DNA of 32,000 bases from Candidatus Saccharimonadota bacterium (GCF_965196625.1 NZ_OZ239769.1:630001-662000); one strand, 5' to 3'; positions 8,028 through 17,072 are shown, numbered from the stretch's first letter. The notes: a model not told the origin generated them from the sequence alone. Translations and numbers: made by a program.

Positions 8028-8205
8028 TGCAAGCGAGGGGACATAGGAACCATCCGTAAAACGCCTTTTGTACATCTGCGCAAAAATACTTTTTCCTTAA
8101 GTTGACGCCATTGGCTGAACGACGGACACCTTTTTTATCAAGCAAAAAGATATAAGTAACTATAAAAATTCCTTTAGTATGCTGCTGTGCTCGACTGCGT
8201 TTCTC

Positions 8206-8703
8206 CTAAGAATTGCGCACCACAAATAGGTTATGCAGGAGATCTAATACTTCCTTACCGCCTGCCACTAGGTTTAAGCCTTGAGCGGTGGGTAAGTCAA
8301 CCCATAGGTAATCCGTATGCTCTTGATTCAGGGTAACGGTATAGTCGGATGGCGCTGATGGCGCTAAAACCCCTTTAAATAAGTGGAGTAGATAATCTAG
8401 TTTTGGTGTAAAGAGCCTTATGCAAATGGTTTGGATAAAGTCTGCTTTTTCTGGCGGCAGTGTGATACCCGTTTCTTCTTTTACTTCTCTGATAACGGCT
8501 TGATGGGGTGTTTCATTTTTTTCTAATTTGCCCCCCGGCATGCACCATTTTCCCCCTGCGCTTGCGTGACTGTTTCTTTTCAATACCAATATTTTTCCAT
8601 TGCATACCATATAGCATGTCGCTACTTGGTAGCTAGGGTTAAACCCATTGATGGAGAATGAATCAAATCCAAAGATTCCCCCTTCAAATAAAGTTGGTCT
8701 CAT
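8206..8703 (-). CDS. Nudix hydrolase
   Basis: 165 aa with the Nudix box GGKLEKNETPHQAVIREVKEETGI (GX5EX7REUXEEXGU). The last ~12 codons (DLLHNLFVVRNS) and the stop lie inside the R1 repeat. Confidence 0.85.
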   Translation of the reverse strand: MRPTLFEGGIFGFDSFSINGFNPSYQVATCYMVCNGKILVLKRNSHASAGGKWCMPGGKLEKNETPHQAVIREVKEETGITLPPEKADFIQTICIRLFTPKLDYLLHLFKGVLAPSAPSDYTVTLNQEHTDYLWVDLPTAQGLNLVAGGKEVLDLLHNLFVVRNS

Positions 8704-8737
8704 AGTTATTCAAAAACAAGCAAAAACTAACGGAAAA

Positions 8738-9598
8738 CTATCGCAACATTTTCAGAAGTGAGACCAAGGTCTCTTTTAATTTGCGTCTATCTACAATCAT
8801 ATCTAAGAAGCCATGTGCCAATAAAAACTCTGCGGTTTGAAAACCTTTTGGCAATTCTTTGCCCACCGTTTCTCGAATCACACGTGGACCTGCAAACCCA
8901 ATGAGTGCACCTGGTTCCGCCATATTGATATCCCCTAGCATCGCATAGGAGGCGCTTACGCCCCCTGTAGTTGGGTCGGTCAGCAAGGAGATATAAGGGA
9001 TTTTAGCTTGCGCCAATTGCCATAACTTAGCAGATGTTTTGGCCATTTGCATCAGCGAGAAACTGCCCTCCATCATGCGTGCACCACCAGACTTAGAGAT
9101 GATCAGTAGAGGGGTTTGGTGGGCCATACAATGGTTAACCAGTTGGGCGATTTTTTCGCCTACTACACTACCCATAGAGCCGCCAATAAATTTAAAATCC
9201 ATGCAGGCAATGGCCAATGGTAGGTGATCGATCGTTCCATAAGCCGTTCGTATCGCATCTGTTAAATCCGTTTGCGCTTCTGCTTGCTTCAGCCGTTCTG
9301 TATAAGGCCTGTTGTCTACAAATTGAAGTGGATCTACAGAGCGGAAGGTTGGATTCAGCTCTGTAAAGTTCTGCGCATCAAACAAAATCGCAAAATATTC
9401 CTTAGAACCAATTGGTAAATGATGTCCATCATCAGGCACAACCTGTAAATTTTCTTGCAATACTTTGCTGTGTATAATCTTTCCTTTGGGCGTTTTTACC
9501 CAAAGGCCATCAGGCGACTCTTTTTTGGCCGAACTGGGGGTTAGAATACCTTTCTTTTTGCGCTTAAACCAGCTTAAGTTGTCGTTTATTAAACTCAT
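8738..9598 (-). CDS. accD: Acetyl-CoA carboxylase carboxyltransferase beta subunit
   Basis: 286 aa. [26 protein letters not shown] and [15 protein letters not shown] are typical AccD motifs. The Cys4 zinc finger is absent, as I recall for Bacteroidota AccD. Confidence 0.95.
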   Translation of the reverse strand: MSLINDNLSWFKRKKKGILTPSSAKKESPDGLWVKTPKGKIIHSKVLQENLQVVPDDGHHLPIGSKEYFAILFDAQNFTELNPTFRSVDPLQFVDNRPYTERLKQAEAQTDLTDAIRTAYGTIDHLPLAIACMDFKFIGGSMGSVVGEKIAQLVNHCMAHQTPLLIISKSGGARMMEGSFSLMQMAKTSAKLWQLAQAKIPYISLLTDPTTGGVSASYAMLGDINMAEPGALIGFAGPRVIRETVGKELPKGFQTAEFLLAHGFLDMIVDRRKLKETLVSLLKMLR

Positions 9599-9622
9599 AA
9601 GATCATCTAAATTTAAAGCCTT

Positions 9623-11146
9623 TTATGGGTTTTCAGGACGCATTTGTGGAAAAAACAGTACATCTTGAATGGAATTTGAGTTGGTCATAATCATCGTAAG
9701 TCGATCTATGCCTATGCCAATACCTACCGTTGGGGGCATGCCATACCGCAAGGCTTTTAAAAAATCATGGTCTACCACCATGGCTTCTTCGTCGCCACGT
9801 TCTCCTAATGTGCGTTGTTCCTCTAATCTTTGTTGTTGATCAATTGGATCATTTAACTCAGAGAACGCATTACAGATCTCTTTGCCCGCACATATCACCT
9901 CAAATCGTTCCGTTAAAGCTGGATTGTCTCGGTGTCGCTTCGCTAAAGGAGACATTTCAACTGGATAGTCTGTGATGATAGTAGGCTGAATCAGGTTTGG
10001 TTCACACTTCTCCCCAAAAATTTCATCTATAATTTTACCTTTAGCTAGGTTATCAGCTATATGGATATGGAGTTGGTGGGCTACGTTACGCAATGCGGCT
10101 TCATCCATATTGCTTACATCGTATCCAGTAAAATGATGGATGGCTTCGAACATGGTAAAACGTTTCCATGGCCGTTCGAAGTTGATCAGGTGTGCACCAA
10201 ATGGAACCTTGGTTGTACCATGTAGGGCTTGTGCGACCCCCTCTACCAATTCTTCTACATAGTCCATCATCCAAATGTAATCCTTATAGGCCACATAAAG
10301 CTCTACTTGCGTAAATTCTGGATTATGAAAACGCGACATTCCTTCGTTTCTAAAATCTTTTGCAAATTCATAAACCCCCTCATAGCCACCAATAATTAAT
10401 CTTTTTAAGTAGAGCTCATTGGAAATACGTAAACATAACGGGATGTCTAAGGCATGGTGGTGGGTCGTAAAAGGGCGTGCAGATGCGCCGCCATAAATGG
10501 GTTGCAGAATAGGGGTTTCTACTTCTAGATACCCTTCACGATGCAAAAAAGCTTTAATGGTATGAATCAACTTGGCCCGTTGTTCAAATACCTGGCGTAC
10601 TTCTGGATTCACAATTAAATCAACATACCTTTGGCGATACCGCTGCTCTGGATCTGTAAAGGCATCATGCACTTTTGTACCCTCTTGTGTGGTGACCTCT
10701 TTGACAACTGGTAGGGGCGTCAGGGCCTTGGTTAACAACCGAAGATGGGTAACGTGTACGGCTATAGCACCTACTTGAGTGGTAAAGACAAAGCCTTGCA
10801 CTTCAATGATATCGCCTATATCTAGTAATTTCTTAAATAGGTTGTTATAGTTGCTTTTGTCCTCCCCTGGACAAATGGAATCCCGTTGTACATACAGTTG
10901 AATTCGTCCACTTGCATCTTGCAATTCTACAAAAGAGGCCGCACCCATAATTCTGCGTCCCATAATCCGACCTGCTAGTACTACATGGCTGTAGCGTTCT
11001 TTCTCTTTTTCTGTGTAGTTGGCCAGAATAGTGGCCGCCTTGGCATTGATAGTGGTAACAAAGGCTGGATAGGGGTTCACCCCCATTGACTCTAAAAGGG
11101 CTTTTTTCTGCGTTCGAATGATGGCCTGTTCACTCAGCTCGTGCAT
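9623..11146 (-). CDS. lysS: Lysine--tRNA ligase (class II)
   Basis: 507 aa. There is an OB-fold N-domain plus class II motifs (EVETPILQPIYGGASARPF, FRNEGMSRFHNPEFTQVE, GIGIGIDRLTMIM). Confidence 0.97.
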   Translation of the reverse strand: MHELSEQAIIRTQKKALLESMGVNPYPAFVTTINAKAATILANYTEKEKERYSHVVLAGRIMGRRIMGAASFVELQDASGRIQLYVQRDSICPGEDKSNYNNLFKKLLDIGDIIEVQGFVFTTQVGAIAVHVTHLRLLTKALTPLPVVKEVTTQEGTKVHDAFTDPEQRYRQRYVDLIVNPEVRQVFEQRAKLIHTIKAFLHREGYLEVETPILQPIYGGASARPFTTHHHALDIPLCLRISNELYLKRLIIGGYEGVYEFAKDFRNEGMSRFHNPEFTQVELYVAYKDYIWMMDYVEELVEGVAQALHGTTKVPFGAHLINFERPWKRFTMFEAIHHFTGYDVSNMDEAALRNVAHQLHIHIADNLAKGKIIDEIFGEKCEPNLIQPTIITDYPVEMSPLAKRHRDNPALTERFEVICAGKEICNAFSELNDPIDQQQRLEEQRTLGERGDEEAMVVDHDFLKALRYGMPPTVGIGIGIDRLTMIMTNSNSIQDVLFFPQMRPENP

Positions 11147-11505
11147 GATATTTTATATGGTTGATAAAAAATTATAAAGTTGGTGACCATGGCTAGGCAG
11201 CAGTAATCCATGGATACGCCTACAGTGACCACCCATCGTTTCTCTAATTTACACTTAATTTCTATAATTTACTTGGTTGCGCCTGATTTTAATGGTATGG
11301 CTGCATGGCATTTGCTGGTTTTTCAGTCAAAGAAGGTAGCAAGGAGATGTTTGATCTTGAAGCACCTAAGGGTGTACACGAAAAATTTTGTTATGATCGA
11401 GTCGATCAGTGGATGGAGGAAGAATAAGGCTATAATCCTAGCTTGTAATCTTGTTTTTTATTAAGTTTGAGCAGATAGTAGTTTTTAGTTGGAAAGGTAT
11501 AAAAA

Positions 11506-13038
11506 GTGTTTAAAAGAACCATTTATTGTGTTGTGTATCTATTGGCTTTCCCGCTTTGCGCTTTGGCCGATGCGGTGACCTATAAGGCCGATCGGCTCGA
11601 AGGGGAGCTGGTCAACGATAAGCCTTGTAAGAAGCTAGAGGGCAATGTGGTCGTTACCTTTCATGCTAACGGCATCGTGTTGACCGCAGATAAGGCCTAT
11701 AAGTATGATGAGGAGGATCGGATAGAGGCGCAGGGCAATGTTCAGATTGTGGACAAAGAAGGCAACATTATTAAGAGTGCAATGCTGACCTATAGCCCAT
11801 CACAAAAGCAGGCTATTTTTGAAAAAAATGTAAGCTATACCTCTAAAAAAGCTACCTTTTACACCCCTAAGCTCATCTACGATGTAGAAAAGAAAGAGGG
11901 TAAGTTTTTGCAAGGAGGGAAATTGGTACAGGATAAAATGGTTTTAACCAGTAGTAAGGGCCTCTATGATGGTGCCAACCATCAAGTTACTTTTTCAGAT
12001 AAAGTGGTATTGATAGATCCGAGTTATACCCTTCATGTCGATCAATTAAACTACCACACTGAGTCAGAAATTGCTTATTTTAAAGGTAGTACTAAAATTA
12101 TGCATCAAGAAGGTGTATTGACGACCGCTAAGGGTGGCCATTATCTTTTGTCTAAAAAGCAGCTTGTCTTTGATGAGGGTACCCTTACTACAAAAGATAT
12201 CATCCTTAGGGCAGATCGTTTAGAGCTATTTGATGGGGAAGATTGTGCAGCTGATGGCCATGTCTCTCTTCGGTCGCAAAAACACGATGCAGTAATCGTT
12301 GGTGAAAAGGCTAGCTATTCTGAAAAAAAAAAGAAGGGCGTTATAACCGGTCATCCCTTATTGACTAAGGTAGTTGATAAGGAAAAGATGTATTTACGTG
12401 CAGATACCTTTATTGTTTTAGAAAAAATGGTAAAAAATCAGTCTCCAGAGCAAGAAATCCATGCTTTGGATCATGTTAGGCTCTATCAAGAAGACTTGCA
12501 GGGTGTAGCAGATGGCGCTGTTTATAATACCAGTAAAAATACCATTCATTTACATAATACGCCAGTTATTTGGTGCAGCAACTACCAGATTACCGGAGAG
12601 GGGGTTTACTTACTTATTGAGGAAAGCGAACAGGTTAAGCTATTTATCGATAGAAATTTATTTATGGCATCAGCAGATCCGGTTGGCAATTACAATCAGG
12701 TAAAGGGGCATAAGATGGTTGCCTCCTTTAAAGAGGGCGCTATTGAGAAGATGTCGATAACGGGTAATAGTGAAAGCCTCTATTTTGCACTTGGGGATAA
12801 AGAGGAGTTGATGGGTATGAACCATATTAAGTGTGATTGTATGGAGATGACTATGGAGGATAATACATTGGAGCAGATGACCTGCAAGCCAAAACCTGCT
12901 GGAGTCTTTTATCCAGTAGAAAAGCTTGAAGAAGAACAAATGAAATTAGATGGCTTTGTTTGGCATGGTGAAAAATGGCCTACCAAAGAGAATATTTTAG
13001 CGCCACTTCCTAAAGATGATGCCGATAAAAATGAATAG
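11506..13038 (+). CDS. OstA/LptA-like domain periplasmic protein (LPS transport-related)
   Basis: 510 aa with a GTG start and signal peptide MFKRTIYCVVYLLAFPLCALA. It carries repeated OstA-type beta-jellyroll segments (..LEGNVVVTFHANGIVLTADKAYKYDEEDRIEAQGNVQIV..). Confidence 0.65.
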   Translation: MFKRTIYCVVYLLAFPLCALADAVTYKADRLEGELVNDKPCKKLEGNVVVTFHANGIVLTADKAYKYDEEDRIEAQGNVQIVDKEGNIIKSAMLTYSPSQKQAIFEKNVSYTSKKATFYTPKLIYDVEKKEGKFLQGGKLVQDKMVLTSSKGLYDGANHQVTFSDKVVLIDPSYTLHVDQLNYHTESEIAYFKGSTKIMHQEGVLTTAKGGHYLLSKKQLVFDEGTLTTKDIILRADRLELFDGEDCAADGHVSLRSQKHDAVIVGEKASYSEKKKKGVITGHPLLTKVVDKEKMYLRADTFIVLEKMVKNQSPEQEIHALDHVRLYQEDLQGVADGAVYNTSKNTIHLHNTPVIWCSNYQITGEGVYLLIEESEQVKLFIDRNLFMASADPVGNYNQVKGHKMVASFKEGAIEKMSITGNSESLYFALGDKEELMGMNHIKCDCMEMTMEDNTLEQMTCKPKPAGVFYPVEKLEEEQMKLDGFVWHGEKWPTKENILAPLPKDDADKNE

Positions 13039-13077
13039 TCTTTGACCAAAATTTAATATATTTAGCCCTGTGTAATG

Positions 13078-13105
13078 GCGTTCTCTAAACGCACTTTTTA
13101 TATTT
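13078..13105 (+). terminator. Weak rho-independent terminator candidate after the OstA-like gene
   Basis: gcgtt-ctcta-aacgc is followed by actttttatatttt. The stem is only 5 bp. Confidence 0.3.
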
Positions 13106-13161
13106 TGTCCATTCATTTGGCAGCCATTGTTACAAGAAAGTAGCATATACATTCCTTTTTT

Positions 13162-14007
13162 ATGAAAAATTATCTACTCCATTTATCTTTTATATACAGA
13201 TTCAGGTGGGTCTTTGTGCTGCCCTCTGTTTTAGTAGTGAATACTTTTTATTTGTTTGCTACGCCTCAGCAGCATAAAAATCAAGCCTTGATTCAACAAA
13301 AAAAGGAAGAAATTGATCGGCTTTATAAAAAAAAGTGTTATGCCAAAGCCCATGCGCAAATAGAATTTCTGTTGCCTTTGTTAAAAAATAGGGTAGATCG
13401 TTCAGAATTTGAGTTTTATCAGGCTTGCTGTAATTTCCATCAAAAACAATATTTGGTTAGTGCCAATCAGTTTCATTTGTTTGTCAAACAATATCCTTTT
13501 TCTCCACATGTAGAAGAAGCCCTTTTTATGCGAGGCTATAGTTTTGCCTCTGAAGAGGTAGATATATGGCTGGATCAAACGGTTACTTATGATGCGGTTC
13601 GTTGTTTGGAGCACTATTTAGCCCTCTATCCAAAGGGCGTCTATCTAGATAAAGCTTCCCATGCTTTACAAGATTTACAAGCGCGCCTTATGCAAAAGCG
13701 TTTTGCTGCTGCTGTGTTATATGATCGTTTGGGTTACCATAAAGCTGCCATTGAAACCCTTAAAAACTTTAATCAAGACTATCCCGACTCCTTTTTACAA
13801 GAAAAAGTAATTGGGCTATGGACAAAGTGTTATGAAAAATTGGTTATGAGTGCATCTGATGTGGAAAAAAAGAAAGAAGTTTTCGATCGTTATTGCTTAC
13901 AGGTACAGGGGTACCGGATCGATGACAAGCATTCTAGCAATGTAATAGAAAAAGTAGATAAAAAAATAGAAGCAGATAGAAGTAAGAAAGTAAACAAAGG
14001 CTGCTGA
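13162..14007 (+). CDS. bamD: Outer membrane assembly protein BamD/YfiO-like (TPR)
   Basis: 281 aa with an N-terminal hydrophobic anchor. It has the TPR-like pattern ..FHLFVKQYPFSPHVEEALFMRGYS..LEHYLALYPKGVYLDKA..LYDRLGYHKAAIETL.. and sits directly upstream of rpoZ, as in many Bacteroidota. No lipobox Cys was seen. Confidence 0.65.
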   Translation: MKNYLLHLSFIYRFRWVFVLPSVLVVNTFYLFATPQQHKNQALIQQKKEEIDRLYKKKCYAKAHAQIEFLLPLLKNRVDRSEFEFYQACCNFHQKQYLVSANQFHLFVKQYPFSPHVEEALFMRGYSFASEEVDIWLDQTVTYDAVRCLEHYLALYPKGVYLDKASHALQDLQARLMQKRFAAAVLYDRLGYHKAAIETLKNFNQDYPDSFLQEKVIGLWTKCYEKLVMSASDVEKKKEVFDRYCLQVQGYRIDDKHSSNVIEKVDKKIEADRSKKVNKGC

Positions 14008-14088
14008 GGCTTTTTGAGCGAAGGAGCGAACGACATAGTTTTAAATGGATAAAACCTTGTTTTAATTATTAATAGTATATTTACAATT

Positions 14089-14409
14089 ATGAGTCTAAAT
14101 AAAAAAGTATATTTGGTACCTAGAAATATACATGAGTTGATTGCCCCTACGGGTAATATTTATGAGAGTACCGTTATCATTACGAAACGTGCTAAGCAGA
14201 TTGCTATGCATATGAAAGATGAGCTGGACCGTAAGTTGGAGGACTTTATGTCTATTACTGAAGAAAAAGACAGTATAGATGTCCAGCGCCAATATGAGAT
14301 TACACAGCATTACGAAAAGTTGCCTAAGCCTGTATTAGAAGCCACTACAGAATTTTTAGAGGGTGGTATTGCCTTTCGCTATATTAATGAAGCGCCACAA
14401 GTAGAGTAG
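14089..14409 (+). CDS. rpoZ: DNA-directed RNA polymerase subunit omega
   Basis: 106 aa. GNIYESTVIITKRAKQIA matches the omega N.Y...........RA.Q core, and the gene shows synteny with bamD. Confidence 0.7.
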   Translation: MSLNKKVYLVPRNIHELIAPTGNIYESTVIITKRAKQIAMHMKDELDRKLEDFMSITEEKDSIDVQRQYEITQHYEKLPKPVLEATTEFLEGGIAFRYINEAPQVE

Positions 14410-14441
14410 CCATTGTATAAGTTTTGGCTTATCTGTTGTTG

Positions 14442-14518
14442 ATCGTATCTATTCACCCAATGGTGAGGGCTTAAAACAATTGTAATTATGCTTGTCTTTA
14501 TAGGGTGTTCATATGCGT
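14442..14518 (+). repeat. R2 dispersed intergenic repeat (~77 bp)
   Basis: atcgtatctattcacccaatggtgagggcttaa..cttgtctttata..tcata..cg aligns along its length with 20557..20632. It lies just 3' of the rpoZ stop. Confidence 0.8.
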
Positions 14519-14529
14519 TAGGCTACTGA

Positions 14530-14629
14530 CCCGCCCATAAAAAGTTTGGCACACAGTAAAGGTAAGGTAAGGTAAGGTAACATCTGAATATTACAAGTTT
14601 ACTGAAGCCCCAAGTTTTTTATGGGCGGG
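14530..14629 (+). repeat. R3 repeat forming a ~100-nt hairpin / MITE-like mini-element
   Basis: The left arm cccgcccataaaaagtttgg (14530..14549) pairs with ccaagttttttatgggcggg (14610..14629) at 18 of 20 positions. The loop contains ggcacacagtaaagg and a (GGTAA)4 tract. Confidence 0.75.
14561..14580 (+). repeat. Pentanucleotide microsatellite (GGTAA)x4
   Basis: The tract reads ggtaaggtaaggtaaggtaa. The paralogous R3 copy at 7984..8027 has only ggtaagg at the same place. Confidence 0.9.
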
Positions 14630-14690
14630 CTATAATGCCTTGAACAAGAGAAAACCTCTTAGTTGATCAAGCAAGCGGCATGCTGAGCAT

Positions 14691-15431
14691 CTACACATCA
14701 TTTTTACGGTAATAAGGAGGTATCGTTAACTTAATATTAGGCTTTTTTAGCGCTTTGAAATGTAGTTTATGCAATGCTGCTTTGCCCTGATAAAGCTTCT
14801 TTTTATCGCTCAATGAGAAACTTATTTTAATCCCAGATAAGTAAGTTGCCTCTCCTTCCATTTTATGTTGATATAAAACTTTAACGAAGTTGCCTTGTTT
14901 TGTATCGATTCGTTCAGCAGCTATAACCTTACCGGTAAGGTCGTCATAGGTATAAACTATATCGGAACATAATGAATCTGGTGTAGATAAGCGATGTGCA
15001 ATAGGATCAGTAACAGTACCTAAAAGCAATGATTGCATAAGTGGATAGTTACAAGAGACATGATACTTTTCTTTAATCTGCTGATAATTCCATTGATACA
15101 CTACACGTTGCAACTGATCTACAACCGTCACACCTTTTTTACCGATGGCACCACGTATGAGCACTATACCCAAAGGACCTTTTACCATAAAATCAATTTG
15201 TTCATCATATGTTATACAGCAGACCAGACGATAGCGAAAGGTATGGCTCAAACCCATAAAATGTAAAGAAGCCTGCATGGAAAAGTATGAAGGAAATGCA
15301 GTAAGCAGATCGGTTACGTCAAACGATTGTTTCCTGGTCTGTTGCATACCGCATCCAGCAAACAAATAAAGCACCACTAAAAATATTTTAAGAAAAATTA
15401 AACGATTTATAGTGTATAATACATGCATCAT
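14691..15431 (-). CDS. Lipoprotein, DUF4292/LolB-like
   Basis: 246 aa. The signal peptide carries the lipobox LFAGC. The pattern ..IDFMVKGPLGIVLIRGAIGKKGVTVVDQLQRVVYQ..LMQSLLLG.. resembles the DUF4292 family as I recall it. Confidence 0.55.
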   Translation of the reverse strand: MMHVLYTINRLIFLKIFLVVLYLFAGCGMQQTRKQSFDVTDLLTAFPSYFSMQASLHFMGLSHTFRYRLVCCITYDEQIDFMVKGPLGIVLIRGAIGKKGVTVVDQLQRVVYQWNYQQIKEKYHVSCNYPLMQSLLLGTVTDPIAHRLSTPDSLCSDIVYTYDDLTGKVIAAERIDTKQGNFVKVLYQHKMEGEATYLSGIKISFSLSDKKKLYQGKAALHKLHFKALKKPNIKLTIPPYYRKNDV

Positions 15432-15490
15432 TTGTTGAAGTCAATGGTGCCAACTTAAGAAACAATCAAAAAATAGCGTACAAATGGCTT

Positions 15491-15793
15491 TTAATCAGTT
15501 TTTTGTTCTAATTGCGCTGCGATTAGTTCTAATTCTTTTAAAATTTGTTGGGCAGAGCTTACTACATCTGTAAGTACTTCTTTACCTGTAGTTTTCGCTT
15601 CGTTTGCAATCGCATTTTTGCTCCTAATAAGTTTTAGAATAAAACCTTGTAACTTTTTTGTACATGATTTTAAATTGTAAATCATTCCATCCCTTGCTAC
15701 TGACCCTTTTGTAGGTGCAGAAAGAATGCCTACAAAGGCACCCAAGCAGAAACCTAAGCAAAGGATCAGTAAATTTTCAGTTCTTTTTATCAT
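15491..15793 (-). CDS. YtxH-like small membrane-anchored protein
   Basis: 100 aa. It has an N-terminal TM helix followed by GILSAPTKGSVARD (YtxH-type APKSG.E.R motif) and a helical tail. Confidence 0.55.
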   Translation of the reverse strand: MIKRTENLLILCLGFCLGAFVGILSAPTKGSVARDGMIYNLKSCTKKLQGFILKLIRSKNAIANEAKTTGKEVLTDVVSSAQQILKELELIAAQLEQKTD

Positions 15794-15800
15794 GGCTGGA

Positions 15801-16964
15801 TCAGTTAAGTAGTTGGGTTATGGGTTTTTCTTTTTCTTTATTGCGTCCATTTAGGATACCCTCTAGCACGCCATTTATAAAAATACCACTTTTAGAGGTC
15901 CCATACCACTTTGCTATTTCAATGTACTCATTAATAGAAACCTTAAAAGGTATTTCTTTAAAATGAAGTAATTCTGCTAGAGCCAGTTTCAGTATTAACT
16001 TATCTGTTAATAGAATGCGTTTACTATCCCATTTTTCAGTTTTTGCATCAATCATGGCTTCATAGCGTGCGTTGTTATCTATGACAATCATCAAAAGATG
16101 CGTGTAAAAAGTTGCTTCTGTACTCCATTTTGGCGCTAAGTTATCCCAAAACAGCGTAAATGCATTAAAACTTTGCGCAGCGCCCATTGTAAAGATCCAG
16201 GTTAAAATTTTTTTTACTATGCGTTTGTGCTCATCCCAGTAGAGATCTGCCATAGCAAAAAAATCATTAATAGGTCCCTCCTGAAATATAATATGCTCAA
16301 GCATATACTCCAAAAATTTTAGGCTATTATTGGGATCTGATCGATATGATTTGGGCATTTCTGCAGGTTCGATGCATTGCCTATACCAACTTTGTATTTG
16401 GTCTTGATCTTTGGCCCAGCTAATGCCATTTTTATCAATGGACTTGATCCAGTTGCTGTTGCTGTATAATGCCTCTAGCAAGGGGTCTTTTACCAGCTGC
16501 TTTTTAAGCAGATGATCTGCTGATTTCGATGGTTCGTCTGTTTCTTTTGCCGATTTGTACCATTCTACTAGTAATAGTAAAATAGATACAAGCGCCATGT
16601 AGATAGATTCTTTTGACTGGCTAAATCCATTCTGTAAACGGATTTTCGCTTGCTTTACTGCTTCTAGATAGTCGGTAAGATGGTTGCGTACAGATTGCTC
16701 AATTTTGTTGTTGTCCGCATAAATAAAATCCTGAGCAGGCAGTGCTGCTGTTACCGCTTCTGTGAAAAGTGCAACGGCTATGTTTTGTGCTTTGGCTAGT
16801 GGCTCTTTTTGATCCGGTGCATCTAGAAAGGGATCAAATATAAAATCTTTTTTTATCTGGTCTATAGCCCCTTTTTTATGGGCTATTTGTGCAATCGTAT
16901 AAGCATAAAGATTTTGTAACGCTTTTATACGAACAAAACGCCTAGGAATCAGGAAGTTTTCCAT
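15801..16964 (-). CDS. nusB: Transcription antitermination factor NusB (long Bacteroidota form)
   Basis: 387 aa. It shows RRFVRIKALQNLYAY at the N-terminus and ..ELLHFKEIPFKVSINEYIEIAKWYGTSKSGIFINGVLEGI at the C-terminus. Confidence 0.8.
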   Translation of the reverse strand: MENFLIPRRFVRIKALQNLYAYTIAQIAHKKGAIDQIKKDFIFDPFLDAPDQKEPLAKAQNIAVALFTEAVTAALPAQDFIYADNNKIEQSVRNHLTDYLEAVKQAKIRLQNGFSQSKESIYMALVSILLLLVEWYKSAKETDEPSKSADHLLKKQLVKDPLLEALYSNSNWIKSIDKNGISWAKDQDQIQSWYRQCIEPAEMPKSYRSDPNNSLKFLEYMLEHIIFQEGPINDFFAMADLYWDEHKRIVKKILTWIFTMGAAQSFNAFTLFWDNLAPKWSTEATFYTHLLMIVIDNNARYEAMIDAKTEKWDSKRILLTDKLILKLALAELLHFKEIPFKVSINEYIEIAKWYGTSKSGIFINGVLEGILNGRNKEKEKPITQLLN

Positions 16965-16980
16965 TATAGTGCAGCTGTTT

Positions 16981-17058
16981 TATTAGACTTCCTTCGAAAC
17001 TCGATTGTGAATAGCCATGCTCCTAAACATTGCGCACCACAAATAGGTTTCGAAAGGG
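16981..17058. repeat. Imperfect palindrome made of two diverged R1 copies, tail to tail
   Basis: 17020..17049 (ctcctaaacattgcgcaccacaaataggtt) is near-identical to 8204..8232. ccttcgaaac (16991..17000) pairs with gtttcgaaagg (17047..17057). tattagac at 16981 matches the R1 head. Confidence 0.65.
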
Positions 17059-17072
17059 GGCTATTTGCCAAG

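Larger units (their letters stand above)
7916..8250. mobile_element. MITE-like ~335-bp non-coding element bounded by inverted R1 repeats
   Basis: The left end is taatagacctcttgcatcacctattt (7916 onward). The reverse complement of the right end is tattagatctcctgcataacctattt (8250 downward). These imperfect ~26-nt terminal inverted repeats match at about 22 of 26 positions by eye. The interior carries R2 and R3 repeat modules and no ORF. No clear target-site duplication was seen. Confidence 0.4.

Noticed and set aside
7900-8252. Possible CRISPR array, given the recurring ~45-nt repeats
   Set aside because: The copies are in mixed orientation, diverged and irregularly spaced, and they are scattered over 18 kb (7.9, 8.2, 17.0 and 26.3 kb). 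There are no cas genes, so this is not a CRISPR architecture.
8738-9598. AccD lacks the four-Cys zinc finger near its N-terminus
   Set aside because: This looked like a degeneration signal. The replacement sequence ([39 protein letters not shown]) matches what I recall as the normal Bacteroidota AccD N-terminus, so it is a lineage trait and not an anomaly.
11210-11464. 84-aa ORF in the lysS/OstA divergent intergenic region
   Set aside because: No family resemblance was found and the composition is unremarkable. It sits where two divergent promoters are expected. I also looked here for an SRP-RNA, riboswitch or T-box-like signature and found none I could support.
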